DNA from: a virus | DNA: 64,000 nucleotides | Reading direction: 5' to 3' (one strand) | IMG/VR virus record: IMGVR_UViG_3300045988_160931 | Coordinates: 1-64,000 of that record | Shown: piece by piece, positions 1-7,746 of the stretch | Numbering within the stretch: the stretch's first letter is position 1 | Layout of the letters: each line of letters opens with the position of its first letter | Notes under the pieces: model-generated | What the model was told of the DNA's origin: nothing | What the model saw: only the letters and a program-made list of their open reading frames with translations | Databases searched by the model: none | Position numbers and translations under genes: made by a program

Positions 1-147
1 AGTGAAGTTATGGAAACCGCTAAAACGGCAGCGGAAACTTGTTTCTCTTGTCTGGAATCCGGAGAAAAGTTCCTTGAAAATTATTCTAGGTATTTTTGGG
101 ATGAAATAGACGATATAGAACGCTTGACAGGTACAAGAGAAATATAA
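1..147 (+). CDS. 3' end of a hypothetical gene (partial, runs off the window)
   Basis: Frame 1 is open from the window edge to TAA 145-147; same strand and packing as downstream genes. Confidence 0.4.
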   Translation, partial: SEVMETAKTAAETCFSCLESGEKFLENYSRYFWDEIDDIERLTGTREI

Positions 148-285
148 AATACGAATTTTAGAATGTTTCTGCATGGAAAATTCGATTATTTTCAAAACGG
201 AAATAATCAAGCCGCCCGCTGGTGTGGCTATAAATAATGACCAGTCCAGTCCTACGGGGCAGAAATAAGAACGGAGGAAAAAGAA

Positions 286-459
286 ATGTTAATTACAAAA
301 GATACATATGAAGTAACTGTAGAAGTCAATAATGAAAAAATTATTCGTTCTACAAAGGCATTTGACGGAGCAGAGACGGCATATGTGGTAAGTATGGAAG
401 TTTTTGATAAGTACAATGGAGCAACTGTAAACGTTGTAGCCGTAAACAAAATAAAGTGA
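286..459 (+). CDS. small hypothetical protein (57 aa)
   Basis: GGAGGA 273-278, ATG 286, TGA 457-459; below the ORF-track size cutoff; the listed antisense ORF 252..449 has no SD. Confidence 0.5.
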   Translation: MLITKDTYEVTVEVNNEKIIRSTKAFDGAETAYVVSMEVFDKYNGATVNVVAVNKIK

Positions 460-470
460 GGAAAATCATC

Positions 471-947
471 ATGAATAAAGAAAAATTCTTATCAGATGCA
501 AAAGCAAACTATGTGGAAAATCCAACAATGGCAATGGTATATGACATCCATTGTGGAAAATATTTCGTTGCATACAATGGCTATTTCGGAATGGTTTTCG
601 ATAAAGCAGACAACGTGGAAAATCTTTTCGGAAACGGTGTATGCGATTCCACTTTTATGAGTAACCTGTTTTCAAATAACACAGTCTTTTCAAGTGGAAA
701 AATTCTTCTGAATCCGTATAAAAAAGTAAATCATGAAGGTATAGCCTTACAAGTGTTGGAATATATGCCGGACGAATCTTATTACAATGTATATGTACAG
801 AAAGAATTCCTGGAATATTTCAGTAAAGATGCAGAATTTTATAGTTCTGCATCTAGTTTGGATAAAATCCATATAAGTGGCGTGTATGTAGTCGAGAACG
901 GAGAAATCGTCGGTTATATCATGCCTGTGAATGTAGATAGAAGATAA
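471..947 (+). CDS. hypothetical protein
   Basis: ORF 456..947; ATG 471 lies 9 nt after GAGGA; no recognisable motif. Confidence 0.7.
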   Translation: MNKEKFLSDAKANYVENPTMAMVYDIHCGKYFVAYNGYFGMVFDKADNVENLFGNGVCDSTFMSNLFSNNTVFSSGKILLNPYKKVNHEGIALQVLEYMPDESYYNVYVQKEFLEYFSKDAEFYSSASSLDKIHISGVYVVENGEIVGYIMPVNVDRR

Positions 948-973
948 ATGTACTAGTTTTGTTTTGCATAGGG

Positions 974-1002
974 TTGACTTTACACATATTTTGTTATATA
1001 AT
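974..1002 (+). promoter_or_regulatory. sigma70-type promoter
   Basis: TTGACT 974-979, 17-nt spacer, TATAAT 997-1002; 55 nt upstream of ATG 1057. Confidence 0.6.
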
Positions 1003-1056
1003 ACAGATGTGTACGGCTTTTTATGTACAGATAAACAGAACAGGAGGAAAATTTTC

Positions 1057-1677
1057 ATGAATACAACAAAGGATACTATTGAAAAGATCACGTCTTACAT
1101 TTCTAATTTAGCAGGTTTTCCAGTCAAGAATCTGGAAACAAGCTGGGAAGAATACACAGAGCAACATCACATTTGTGAAGAAGCATTTAATATGTGGAAC
1201 AAAGGCAGAGACTACGAAGAATACAGAAAGAATGCGCATTTGTACAATGGATACAAGATCAAGTTTTCTTTTGATTCTGAATGGCTTACAAACGAAGATC
1301 TGATTACTCTGATGGAAAAATATAATTGCTTGAAATCTGGGATTGAATGGTATGAAGATGATCTTAAAATGCTCCGTGAGAATGGCGGCAGCATGGAATA
1401 TAAACGGCAGTGGATATTCCAATTTGATCTTGATATCTTAAAAGACAGCACTGATAATACGCATCCGAAATACGTCTGGGGATGGAAAGAAACTGACACA
1501 TTCCTTGCAACAAACGACTCAACATTTGATGACGAAGAATATCAACCAGCGGAAAATGACCCGGAATTTGAATCAAAATCTAAACTGATTTTTGCATTAG
1601 ATCGTGCGGAACTTATTTTTCACGATATCGCTCCGGAAAACGCCATTGAAATTGCACATATGATTATTGATCGCTAG
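1057..1677 (+). CDS. hypothetical protein
   Basis: ORF 964..1677; internal ATG 1057 lies 9 nt after GGAGG. Confidence 0.75.
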   Translation: MNTTKDTIEKITSYISNLAGFPVKNLETSWEEYTEQHHICEEAFNMWNKGRDYEEYRKNAHLYNGYKIKFSFDSEWLTNEDLITLMEKYNCLKSGIEWYEDDLKMLRENGGSMEYKRQWIFQFDLDILKDSTDNTHPKYVWGWKETDTFLATNDSTFDDEEYQPAENDPEFESKSKLIFALDRAELIFHDIAPENAIEIAHMIIDR

Positions 1678-1688
1678 GAGGAATTTTT

Positions 1689-2111
1689 ATGGCAATGGCA
1701 AACGTTGATTTGGTATGCAAGAAATGCGGAAAATCTTTCACATTTTCAAAAAGCTGCATGAGTAGACGTGCTGCGGATGATTGCGAAGAATGGGCAAAGT
1801 CTGTGATTGATCTATGCCCGGATTGCAGAAGAGAAGAGGAAAATCTAAAGGAATTCGCTGAAGATGAGAAAATAGGACTCTGTACATTGCAGGGAACCCC
1901 GAAACAGGTTTCGTGGGCAGCATCACTCAGACGGAAATATCTCAAAAATTTCTTACCTTACTTTAAGAACCGGGAATTATCAATCGCCGCTGTCAATCAA
2001 GAATCCAGTGCGGAATTTTGGATTGAGAACCGAGAACACCTGTATGATAAGCAGCTTTTGAAATCATTAAGAATGAAATACAGAAAATCAATAGAATCAA
2101 AGGAGGAATAA
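1689..2111 (+). CDS. zinc-ribbon protein, function unknown
   Basis: AGGAGG SD; CKKCG...CPDC cysteine pairs near the N-terminus. Confidence 0.7.
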   Translation: MAMANVDLVCKKCGKSFTFSKSCMSRRAADDCEEWAKSVIDLCPDCRREEENLKEFAEDEKIGLCTLQGTPKQVSWAASLRRKYLKNFLPYFKNRELSIAAVNQESSAEFWIENREHLYDKQLLKSLRMKYRKSIESKEE

Positions 2112-2190
2112 ACCGTGCCAAACGGAAAATTTTATCTACTGTTATAGGATAATATAGAACTTATTACAATTACATACGAATAAGAATAAA

Positions 2191-2221
2191 GCAGTATTGG
2201 AGCGTTCCGGTACTGCTTTTT
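2191..2221. terminator. bidirectional rho-independent terminator
   Basis: 10-bp stem GCAGTATTGG/CCGGTACTGC (two G-U pairs), 6-nt loop, A-run upstream and T-run downstream; sits between convergent genes. Confidence 0.7.
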
Positions 2222-2786
2222 ATATACCCTTTTGACGGAAAATTTCTCGGTAAAGGGCTCTATTATCCGGATTGACAAGAGTATTTCTGTTAACTCGGAT
2301 AAATTTTTTGAATTCTGGCATACGTTGAAACGCTGCTATACTACCGGATACGGAAAATTTTTCGTGTTGCATAGCAGCGTTTACCGTGTGCAGAATCAAT
2401 TCTCTTTTCAATGACTCAAAACAAATGATTGCAGAAAAGGGAATTGCTTTTGTACACGATTCACGCCTTGTATGCGGCTTTTTATTCCCTATATAGATAC
2501 GGAATAGGTAAGCGCCAGAGAACGCTTTAGAATGGATTTTAGACGGTTCTGGGACGTATATAGACAGCGTGGACTTTTTATTTTCGGTACAAAAAATCGT
2601 ATTATAAAGTAGGAGAGAAATTTTACAAGGGCGTTCTGAAATGTGCTGTTCTATGATGGATAAAATATCATGTACAGATGCAAGATCAGAATGTTTGAAC
2701 TGGATTGATTGAACGGAATATTCTTGTATGATAGAGTTATCAAGATCGTCTTGTATGGAATTTTCGATTGATTCAGATTGATTCAT
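2220..2786 (-). CDS. LytTR-domain DNA-binding protein (putative transcriptional regulator)
   Basis: The C-terminal third (IPFSAIICFESLKRELILHT...FIRVNRNTLVNPDN) fits the LytTR pattern (I.yiE...ihT...F.RvHRSyiVN). Only minus-strand gene in the early region, divergent from 3411. Confidence 0.55.
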   Translation of the reverse strand: MNQSESIENSIQDDLDNSIIQEYSVQSIQFKHSDLASVHDILSIIEQHISERPCKISLLLYNTIFCTENKKSTLSIYVPEPSKIHSKAFSGAYLFRIYIGNKKPHTRRESCTKAIPFSAIICFESLKRELILHTVNAAMQHEKFSVSGSIAAFQRMPEFKKFIRVNRNTLVNPDNRALYREIFRQKGI

Positions 2787-2877
2787 GATGTAGTTTCTCC
2801 TTATTTTAACATGATGTATAGGAAATAAATGTGCAAAATTATGTACGGAAAATTTTGTTTATGAAACTTTGTGTTGC

Positions 2878-2906
2878 TTCGTAGATAGAAACGATTTTCG
2901 TAGATA
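2878..2906 (+). repeat. direct repeat TTCGTAGATA x2 in the control region
   Basis: Exact 10-mers at 2878 and 2897. A second exact repeat, AACTTTGTGTTG, occurs at 2865 and 2951. Confidence 0.6.
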
Positions 2907-3063
2907 AATATTGTTTTTTGTCGGCAGATATTTAATAATTGTATAAAGGCAACTTTGTGTTGTCTGGAATATTATTCATGATATGTAGACAGAAAACAGA
3001 ATAATAATTGACATCTTCATATACCTCCATTCTGTTATATGGCAGGCAAGTATGACTGTTTAG

Positions 3064-3094
3064 ACGGAAAATTTATTTCTCCTAGATGGAAAAT
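3064..3094 (+). promoter_or_regulatory. paired 9-mer site (ACGGAAAAT-N13-ATGGAAAAT), candidate LytTR operator
   Basis: Two direct 9-mers with a 13-nt spacer (22-nt register) in the 620-bp intergenic region. Confidence 0.4.
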
Positions 3095-3410
3095 TCTTGC
3101 CTGCCGGGTATGGGCGTAAAGGATTTGATTTCAGTTTTCTGAAATGCTCAGTTCGATTCTGAGAACGCTCACAACAACACGGTGTTATGTGTACACAATT
3201 AGTATACACGATGATGAATGGAAAATTCAAATGAAAGGACGTGATTCAATGCTGTACGGAAAAACACATTTGAAAATCTTATAGCGAGATGGTTCGTTTT
3301 TGAACGGGAAATTATAGTAACTGATTGCATGGTAGCTTATGTAGTTGACTGCATCAATGCTATCAAAATAACATTGGTATGGTAAAAACTCACTGAAAGG
3401 AAGTATAAGT

Positions 3411-4406
3411 ATGGAAAACAATGTAGAGAACACTGGTATGCTCAAAAATTTGCATCTCACAAAGCTTATCAATGGGCACACGATTGAAGCGAAAGAGTAT
3501 AATGGCAAGCGTGTGATTACATTTAAGGATATTGATGAAGTGCATGAGAGACCGGAAGGAACGGCAAAACGGAATTTTAATGCAAATAAGAAATGGTTCA
3601 TTGAAGGAGAAGATTACTTTAGAATATCGCCGTACGAATTTCGTACGGCGTTCGGTGGAATGGATAAGCGGCAGCAGAATGATGTTGTTCTTGCAACCGA
3701 ATCTGGTTATCTCATGATTATCAAGTCTTTTCATGATGATTTGTCTTGGCAGTTGCAGCGGATTCTTGTGAACTCTTATTTCAAAGCGAAGGAGATGCAG
3801 TCGGAAAATTATGATGACTTGTCCCCAATGCTCCGGATGTTCATTCAGCAGGAACGTCAGATGAAAGCAATGCAGACAGAAATTGCAGATACAAAGGCAC
3901 AGCTGGAGATTACGCAGACGGAAAATCAGAAGCATAGCGAACGCCTGAATACCATTGATGGCAAAATCAATGCGGTTTCTGATGCAATCAAGCTGGATTC
4001 TACCAGTTGGCGTAAAGAAGTATCGTCCGTCATTCGGAAAATTTGTCGTAATGCAAATGATGCTTATCCAACAGTCGGGATTTTGTACGGTGAAATTTAT
4101 AAGGTTCTGGAACTTCGTGCAAAGTGTAATCTGACTACCAGACTGACACACAAACAGGTGCGTATGCGTGATGCTGGTGTGTGTATGAGTAAGGTAAAAC
4201 AGGTAAACCGTTTAGATATTATTGCAGAGGATGCACAACTGACGGAAATTTTCATTGCAATCGTGCGTGAGTATGCTATTAAGTTCGGCATTCGTTGTGA
4301 TTTGAATCAGAGCCAGACGGAAAATTCTGTTGTAGAAGGCTCTTCTTCTGTAAATAGTTCTGTAGAAGATGCAATTACAATTGATACAGATGCAAAAGCA
4401 ATATAA
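3411..4406 (+). CDS. ORF6N-domain DNA-binding / antirepressor-like protein
   Basis: N-terminus RVITFKDIDEVHERPEGTAKRNFNANKKWFIEGEDYF matches the ORF6N pattern; coiled-coil C-terminal half. Confidence 0.8.
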   Translation: MENNVENTGMLKNLHLTKLINGHTIEAKEYNGKRVITFKDIDEVHERPEGTAKRNFNANKKWFIEGEDYFRISPYEFRTAFGGMDKRQQNDVVLATESGYLMIIKSFHDDLSWQLQRILVNSYFKAKEMQSENYDDLSPMLRMFIQQERQMKAMQTEIADTKAQLEITQTENQKHSERLNTIDGKINAVSDAIKLDSTSWRKEVSSVIRKICRNANDAYPTVGILYGEIYKVLELRAKCNLTTRLTHKQVRMRDAGVCMSKVKQVNRLDIIAEDAQLTEIFIAIVREYAIKFGIRCDLNQSQTENSVVEGSSSVNSSVEDAITIDTDAKAI

Positions 4407-4567
4407 ATTAAAATAAAATTTACAATTGGAATGGGATGTATATGCTAATTTTGATAACAGTACATATTGTACGGAATATTTTTCTGTTATAGAAAATGTA
4501 TAATATACATAATGGGAGTATAAAAAATATTGTGACACGGAAAATTTGTTGTAGGAGGAATACGAAA

Positions 4568-5200
4568 ATGTATAATGCAAATGCAGTAGTAGAATCAATG
4601 GATTCAGACTTTGAAGCGGCAATGATGCTGCATGGGGAAGAACAGGTGGGAAAAGTAAAAATCAGAGAAAGAGAGGTTAATGAGAAAATCGCAAGAATTG
4701 AGAAAACAATTGGCAAGAGCAAGCTGACAGAAAAGAATGTATATGAGATGATCGACTTGCTGATAAAGAATTTTTCAGCATCTCCGTGGGATATTGATAC
4801 CGCAGATGGAAGATTTTTTGGAGACAAAAACAAGTTTTCAACAATTGAATATGGTGTCTTAGATCAATATAGAAATAACGAAATTGTCACACCGGGTCTG
4901 TTGCAAAAAAATTGTTATGGAGTAGTAAATGTTTCACAGGATGGAATTTTTTCTTTGGAAACTTTCCCGGCAATTGGAGTGCAATATGCAAGAGAACTGG
5001 TTAAAGATTCTCCGAAAGACAGAGAAACCACATGGAATACTTTTCAATTTCCTTTGCTTTCGGTTAGTGATGTAACAATGTCAAAAATGCGGCTAACTTG
5101 TCTGGATGGGTTTGTGTATAATATTCATACAATTTCATTCAAAATTACTGTAAATAAGCAAACACTTGGTTGTACGTTTAAGGTGAAGGTTCGTGATTAA
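4568..5200 (+). CDS. hypothetical protein
   Basis: ORF 4496..5200; ATG 4568 follows GGAGGA. Confidence 0.7.
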   Translation: MYNANAVVESMDSDFEAAMMLHGEEQVGKVKIREREVNEKIARIEKTIGKSKLTEKNVYEMIDLLIKNFSASPWDIDTADGRFFGDKNKFSTIEYGVLDQYRNNEIVTPGLLQKNCYGVVNVSQDGIFSLETFPAIGVQYARELVKDSPKDRETTWNTFQFPLLSVSDVTMSKMRLTCLDGFVYNIHTISFKITVNKQTLGCTFKVKVRD

Positions 5201-5231
5201 CAATGACAAATAAAGCAAAGGGTGTGATATA

Positions 5232-6170
5232 TTGCCAGATCATAGAATGTTTAGCCGAAGAATTTGTGAATCAGCACGGTTCTTGCAGATGCCCCCTAGT
5301 ACACAGAATCTCTACTTCCACCTGGGGCTTCATGCGGATGACGATGGTGTAGTGGAGGCATTCTCCGTGCTTAGAATTGTTAATGCAACAGAAGATGATT
5401 TGCGTATTTTGGTTGCAAGGCGGTTTGTGATAGTTTTGAATGAAGATTTGATTACATACATTGTCGATTGGACGGAAAATAATCGTATTCGTTCCGATCG
5501 TAAAGTAGATTCAATCTATCAAGACTTGTTGCTGCAAATTGTACCAGACGCTCCAATTCAGAAGCGAAAGCAGAGAGCTGATAGAAAACCACGAACGGAA
5601 AATTTGGCGGGAGGTATTCAGACGGATAGAAAATTGATAGAAGAATCTGTAACTGATGTACCTATAAATGGGAATAATGCTGTTGAAAACAGTGTTGAAA
5701 CTCAGTTGAAAAGTTGTAATAAAATGGGCTATGCTGGATTGAATACACAAAAAGAAAACAATTCAGCAACAGAAAACATGGGACGTCCCATGGACGCAGA
5801 TGGACGGCATAAGACAAGTAAAGTTAAGTTAAGTAATAGTCTGTCTTTGTCAAGTCTGTCTGCAAAACATGGAGAACTTTCAACTGTTGAAACTGTTGAA
5901 AAATGTTCTGTATCAGAACAGAGGTCAGTCCCTACATTGCAAGAGGTTTTGGATTATGCAGAAGCAATGAAGTCTAATGTGAACCCATATCGTTTTTATG
6001 AATACTATGAGAAAAGTGGATGGGAGATTAAACCTGGCGAGCCAATTCGAAATTGGAAAAGTTTGTTCCATAGTTGGCATATTCATGAGGGTATCTTCCC
6101 TAAAAAAGTGCCACAGAAAAGTGATTCAACAGTCGATTACTCTCAATTTGTGTGCAACACTGACAAATAA
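5232..6170 (+). CDS. phage replisome organizer / DnaD-like replication initiation protein
   Basis: N-terminus FLQMPPSTQNLYFHLGLHADDDGVVEA fits the replisome-organizer N-domain pattern. Start is uncertain (TTG 5232, ATA 5229 or ATG 5247). Confidence 0.65.
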   Translation: MPDHRMFSRRICESARFLQMPPSTQNLYFHLGLHADDDGVVEAFSVLRIVNATEDDLRILVARRFVIVLNEDLITYIVDWTENNRIRSDRKVDSIYQDLLLQIVPDAPIQKRKQRADRKPRTENLAGGIQTDRKLIEESVTDVPINGNNAVENSVETQLKSCNKMGYAGLNTQKENNSATENMGRPMDADGRHKTSKVKLSNSLSLSSLSAKHGELSTVETVEKCSVSEQRSVPTLQEVLDYAEAMKSNVNPYRFYEYYEKSGWEIKPGEPIRNWKSLFHSWHIHEGIFPKKVPQKSDSTVDYSQFVCNTDK

Positions 6171-6214
6171 TTAGGATTAGTTTTGTTGAAACAATATGAA
6201 ATATACAATTCATG

Positions 6215-6243
6215 TTGACAAATAGAAGGGAGTGTTGTATAAT
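6215..6243 (+). promoter_or_regulatory. consensus sigma70 promoter
   Basis: TTGACA 6215-6220, 17-nt spacer, TATAAT 6238-6243. Confidence 0.65.
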
Positions 6244-6287
6244 ATGGGTAGAAGTTACGTCCGGTTTCGGAAATTGAGGTGTTAGAA

Positions 6288-6899
6288 ATGGGGATAAATA
6301 ACTGTACGTGTAAGAGTTGTGGCAGAGAGAATAAAAATGGAGATGTGTTTTGCCGCTATTGTGGGAAACCACTTCCTAGTAAAGGCGAGATTCAAAAGAG
6401 ACAGGAGAAACAGAAAAAGCAATTAAGTATAGCTTCAATTTTCCTCGCAATTATTTTCGTAGTATCAATTGTGCTATTTGTAATAGATTATACGAATAAC
6501 CGTAAGGCAAAAGAAAGTTCGATAGCAGAATCTAATTTGCTAAATGATGATTCATATGAAACTTATTCGTTAGGAGATATTAAATTTAGGATTCCAGATA
6601 CTTACAAAGAGGTTGATGTGAGCGAAGTTGGGGATGATACTCTTGGGTTTTCAGATGAAGGTGCTAGTAATATATTCATCGTAATAATGATGGCAAACTC
6701 AAATGAAAAACTTATTGATGAATTTGTCGATAAAACTCATGTAGAATCCGAATATAATCCAGAGACCAAATTTTACACATTCACTAGGGAAGATGGAGAA
6801 ATTACTTACGGTTATCTTAGCGAAGATAATAATTTTTATATGTTTGCTATAACTGGTGATGATGCACTTTCAATCCTAGATACAGTTAAACAAAAATAA
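6288..6899 (+). CDS. zinc-ribbon membrane protein
   Basis: CKSCG...CRYCG ribbon, then one hydrophobic helix (IASIFLAIIFVVSIVLFVI), then a soluble domain. Confidence 0.7.
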   Translation: MGINNCTCKSCGRENKNGDVFCRYCGKPLPSKGEIQKRQEKQKKQLSIASIFLAIIFVVSIVLFVIDYTNNRKAKESSIAESNLLNDDSYETYSLGDIKFRIPDTYKEVDVSEVGDDTLGFSDEGASNIFIVIMMANSNEKLIDEFVDKTHVESEYNPETKFYTFTREDGEITYGYLSEDNNFYMFAITGDDALSILDTVKQK

Positions 6900-6914
6900 G
6901 GAGGAATAAATAAA

Positions 6915-7373
6915 ATGGAAAACGAAACAAGATATTGCCCGAAGTGTGGAACAATGATAACATCTGGTGGCAGTTGTTCGAATTGCGGATGGAGAGGCAC
7001 TCCATCTCCGGTTGAACATTCACCTACGAATACGAATTCATTCTTGACTGAAACGATGAGTAAAGCAGAAGGATTCCGAGATTTCAAAATCCTTATTTCA
7101 ATTATTGGGATTATAGCAGGCATTATTGTTATTATAAACGGTTTCATTAAAAATGAAATGGGCGATTTTACATATTTCAATTTGATTGCAATCGGAATCG
7201 GAATTTTGATTATATTGAAATCTCTATTCTTTCTTTTGCATTCCATCACATCATATCAGCATATGAATTTTCAGTACTTCCTTGCAAAATCTTTCCTAGA
7301 AGAGAAAAAGGCAAGCGATGAAAATATCAATGAAACCATAAAGACTTTTTTCGAAGATTCGGACTCAAAATAA
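6915..7373 (+). CDS. zinc-ribbon membrane protein
   Basis: CPKCG...CSNCG ribbon followed by two hydrophobic helices; AGGAGG SD. Confidence 0.7.
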   Translation: MENETRYCPKCGTMITSGGSCSNCGWRGTPSPVEHSPTNTNSFLTETMSKAEGFRDFKILISIIGIIAGIIVIINGFIKNEMGDFTYFNLIAIGIGILIILKSLFFLLHSITSYQHMNFQYFLAKSFLEEKKASDENINETIKTFFEDSDSK

Positions 7374-7400
7374 TTGACACCTTTGAAAGGATGATTGATT

Positions 7401-7469
7401 ATGTCGTTTATTACTGCATTGATTACCTTGCTGGTTATCAAATTTTTGATTTGGGTATTTAATGGTTAA
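7401..7469 (+). CDS. 22-aa hydrophobic peptide MSFITALITLLVIKFLIWVFNG (tentative)
   Basis: ATG 7401 lies 10 nt after AAAGG and is followed by a terminator. A competing 23-codon ORF starts at ATG 7391 in another frame. Confidence 0.3.
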   Translation: MSFITALITLLVIKFLIWVFNG

Positions 7470-7505
7470 AGTAAGAAAGCAAATAAGCAAAACTGAATAT
7501 GTATT

Positions 7506-7555
7506 AAAATGCCGTGGGTTCTGATTGATTTGACAATAAAACTTCACGGCATTTT
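7506..7555 (+). terminator. putative terminator (long loop)
   Basis: AAAATGCCGTG / CACGGCATTTT 11-bp stem, 28-nt loop, T-rich tail. Confidence 0.45.
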
Positions 7556-7636
7556 GATTTGGAGTGATTGTGCGTTATGTACAATTATGATGGCATAATT
7601 TCGTTAGAATATACAAAAGAAATTTTAGGGGAAGCA

Positions 7637-7665
7637 TTGACTTTTTCGCTGATATCGTGTATAAT
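7637..7665 (+). promoter_or_regulatory. sigma70-type promoter
   Basis: TTGACT 7637-7642, 17-nt spacer, TATAAT 7660-7665. Confidence 0.65.
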
Positions 7666-7678
7666 AAATACAGTCGAG

Positions 7679-7709
7679 ATTGAAAAAACGATAATTGAAA
7701 AAAGTGATA
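7679..7709 (+). repeat. tandem direct repeat ATTGAAAAAA(C/GT)GATA in the recombinase 5' leader
   Basis: 15-nt and 16-nt adjacent units between the -10 element and the SD of gene 7747. Confidence 0.6.
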
Positions 7710-7746
7710 ATTAAACAACTTACAAAACACTTTAGGAGGGATTACT

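Larger units (their letters stand above)
2122..5603 (+). repeat. dispersed same-strand array of the 9-mer ACGGAAAAT (10 exact copies)
   Basis: Exact copies start at 2122, 2235, 2350, 2845, 3064, 3918, 4317, 4537, 5472 and 5595. One-mismatch copies are at 3086, 3218, 3256, 3304, 3801, 4034 and 4242. I found no exact copy by eye elsewhere in the window. Confidence 0.8.

Noticed and set aside
2232-2414. 60-aa plus-strand ORF inside the LytTR gene region
   Set aside because: It is antisense to the better-supported minus-strand gene, has no SD, and starts inside the terminator tail.
3112-3171. Functional tRNA gene
   Set aside because: It is only about 60 nt, with no D-arm, a 4-nt loop where the anticodon loop should be, and no CCA. 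It is kept only as a tRNA-like curiosity.
3390-4151. 253-aa minus-strand ORF
   Set aside because: It lies entirely antisense to the well-supported ORF6N gene, has no SD and has a low-complexity composition. It is a typical shadow ORF in AT-rich DNA. The same reasoning applies to 22694..23173, 27805..28404, 48847..49356, 11939..12541, 24101..24511 and other minus-strand ORFs inside plus-strand genes.
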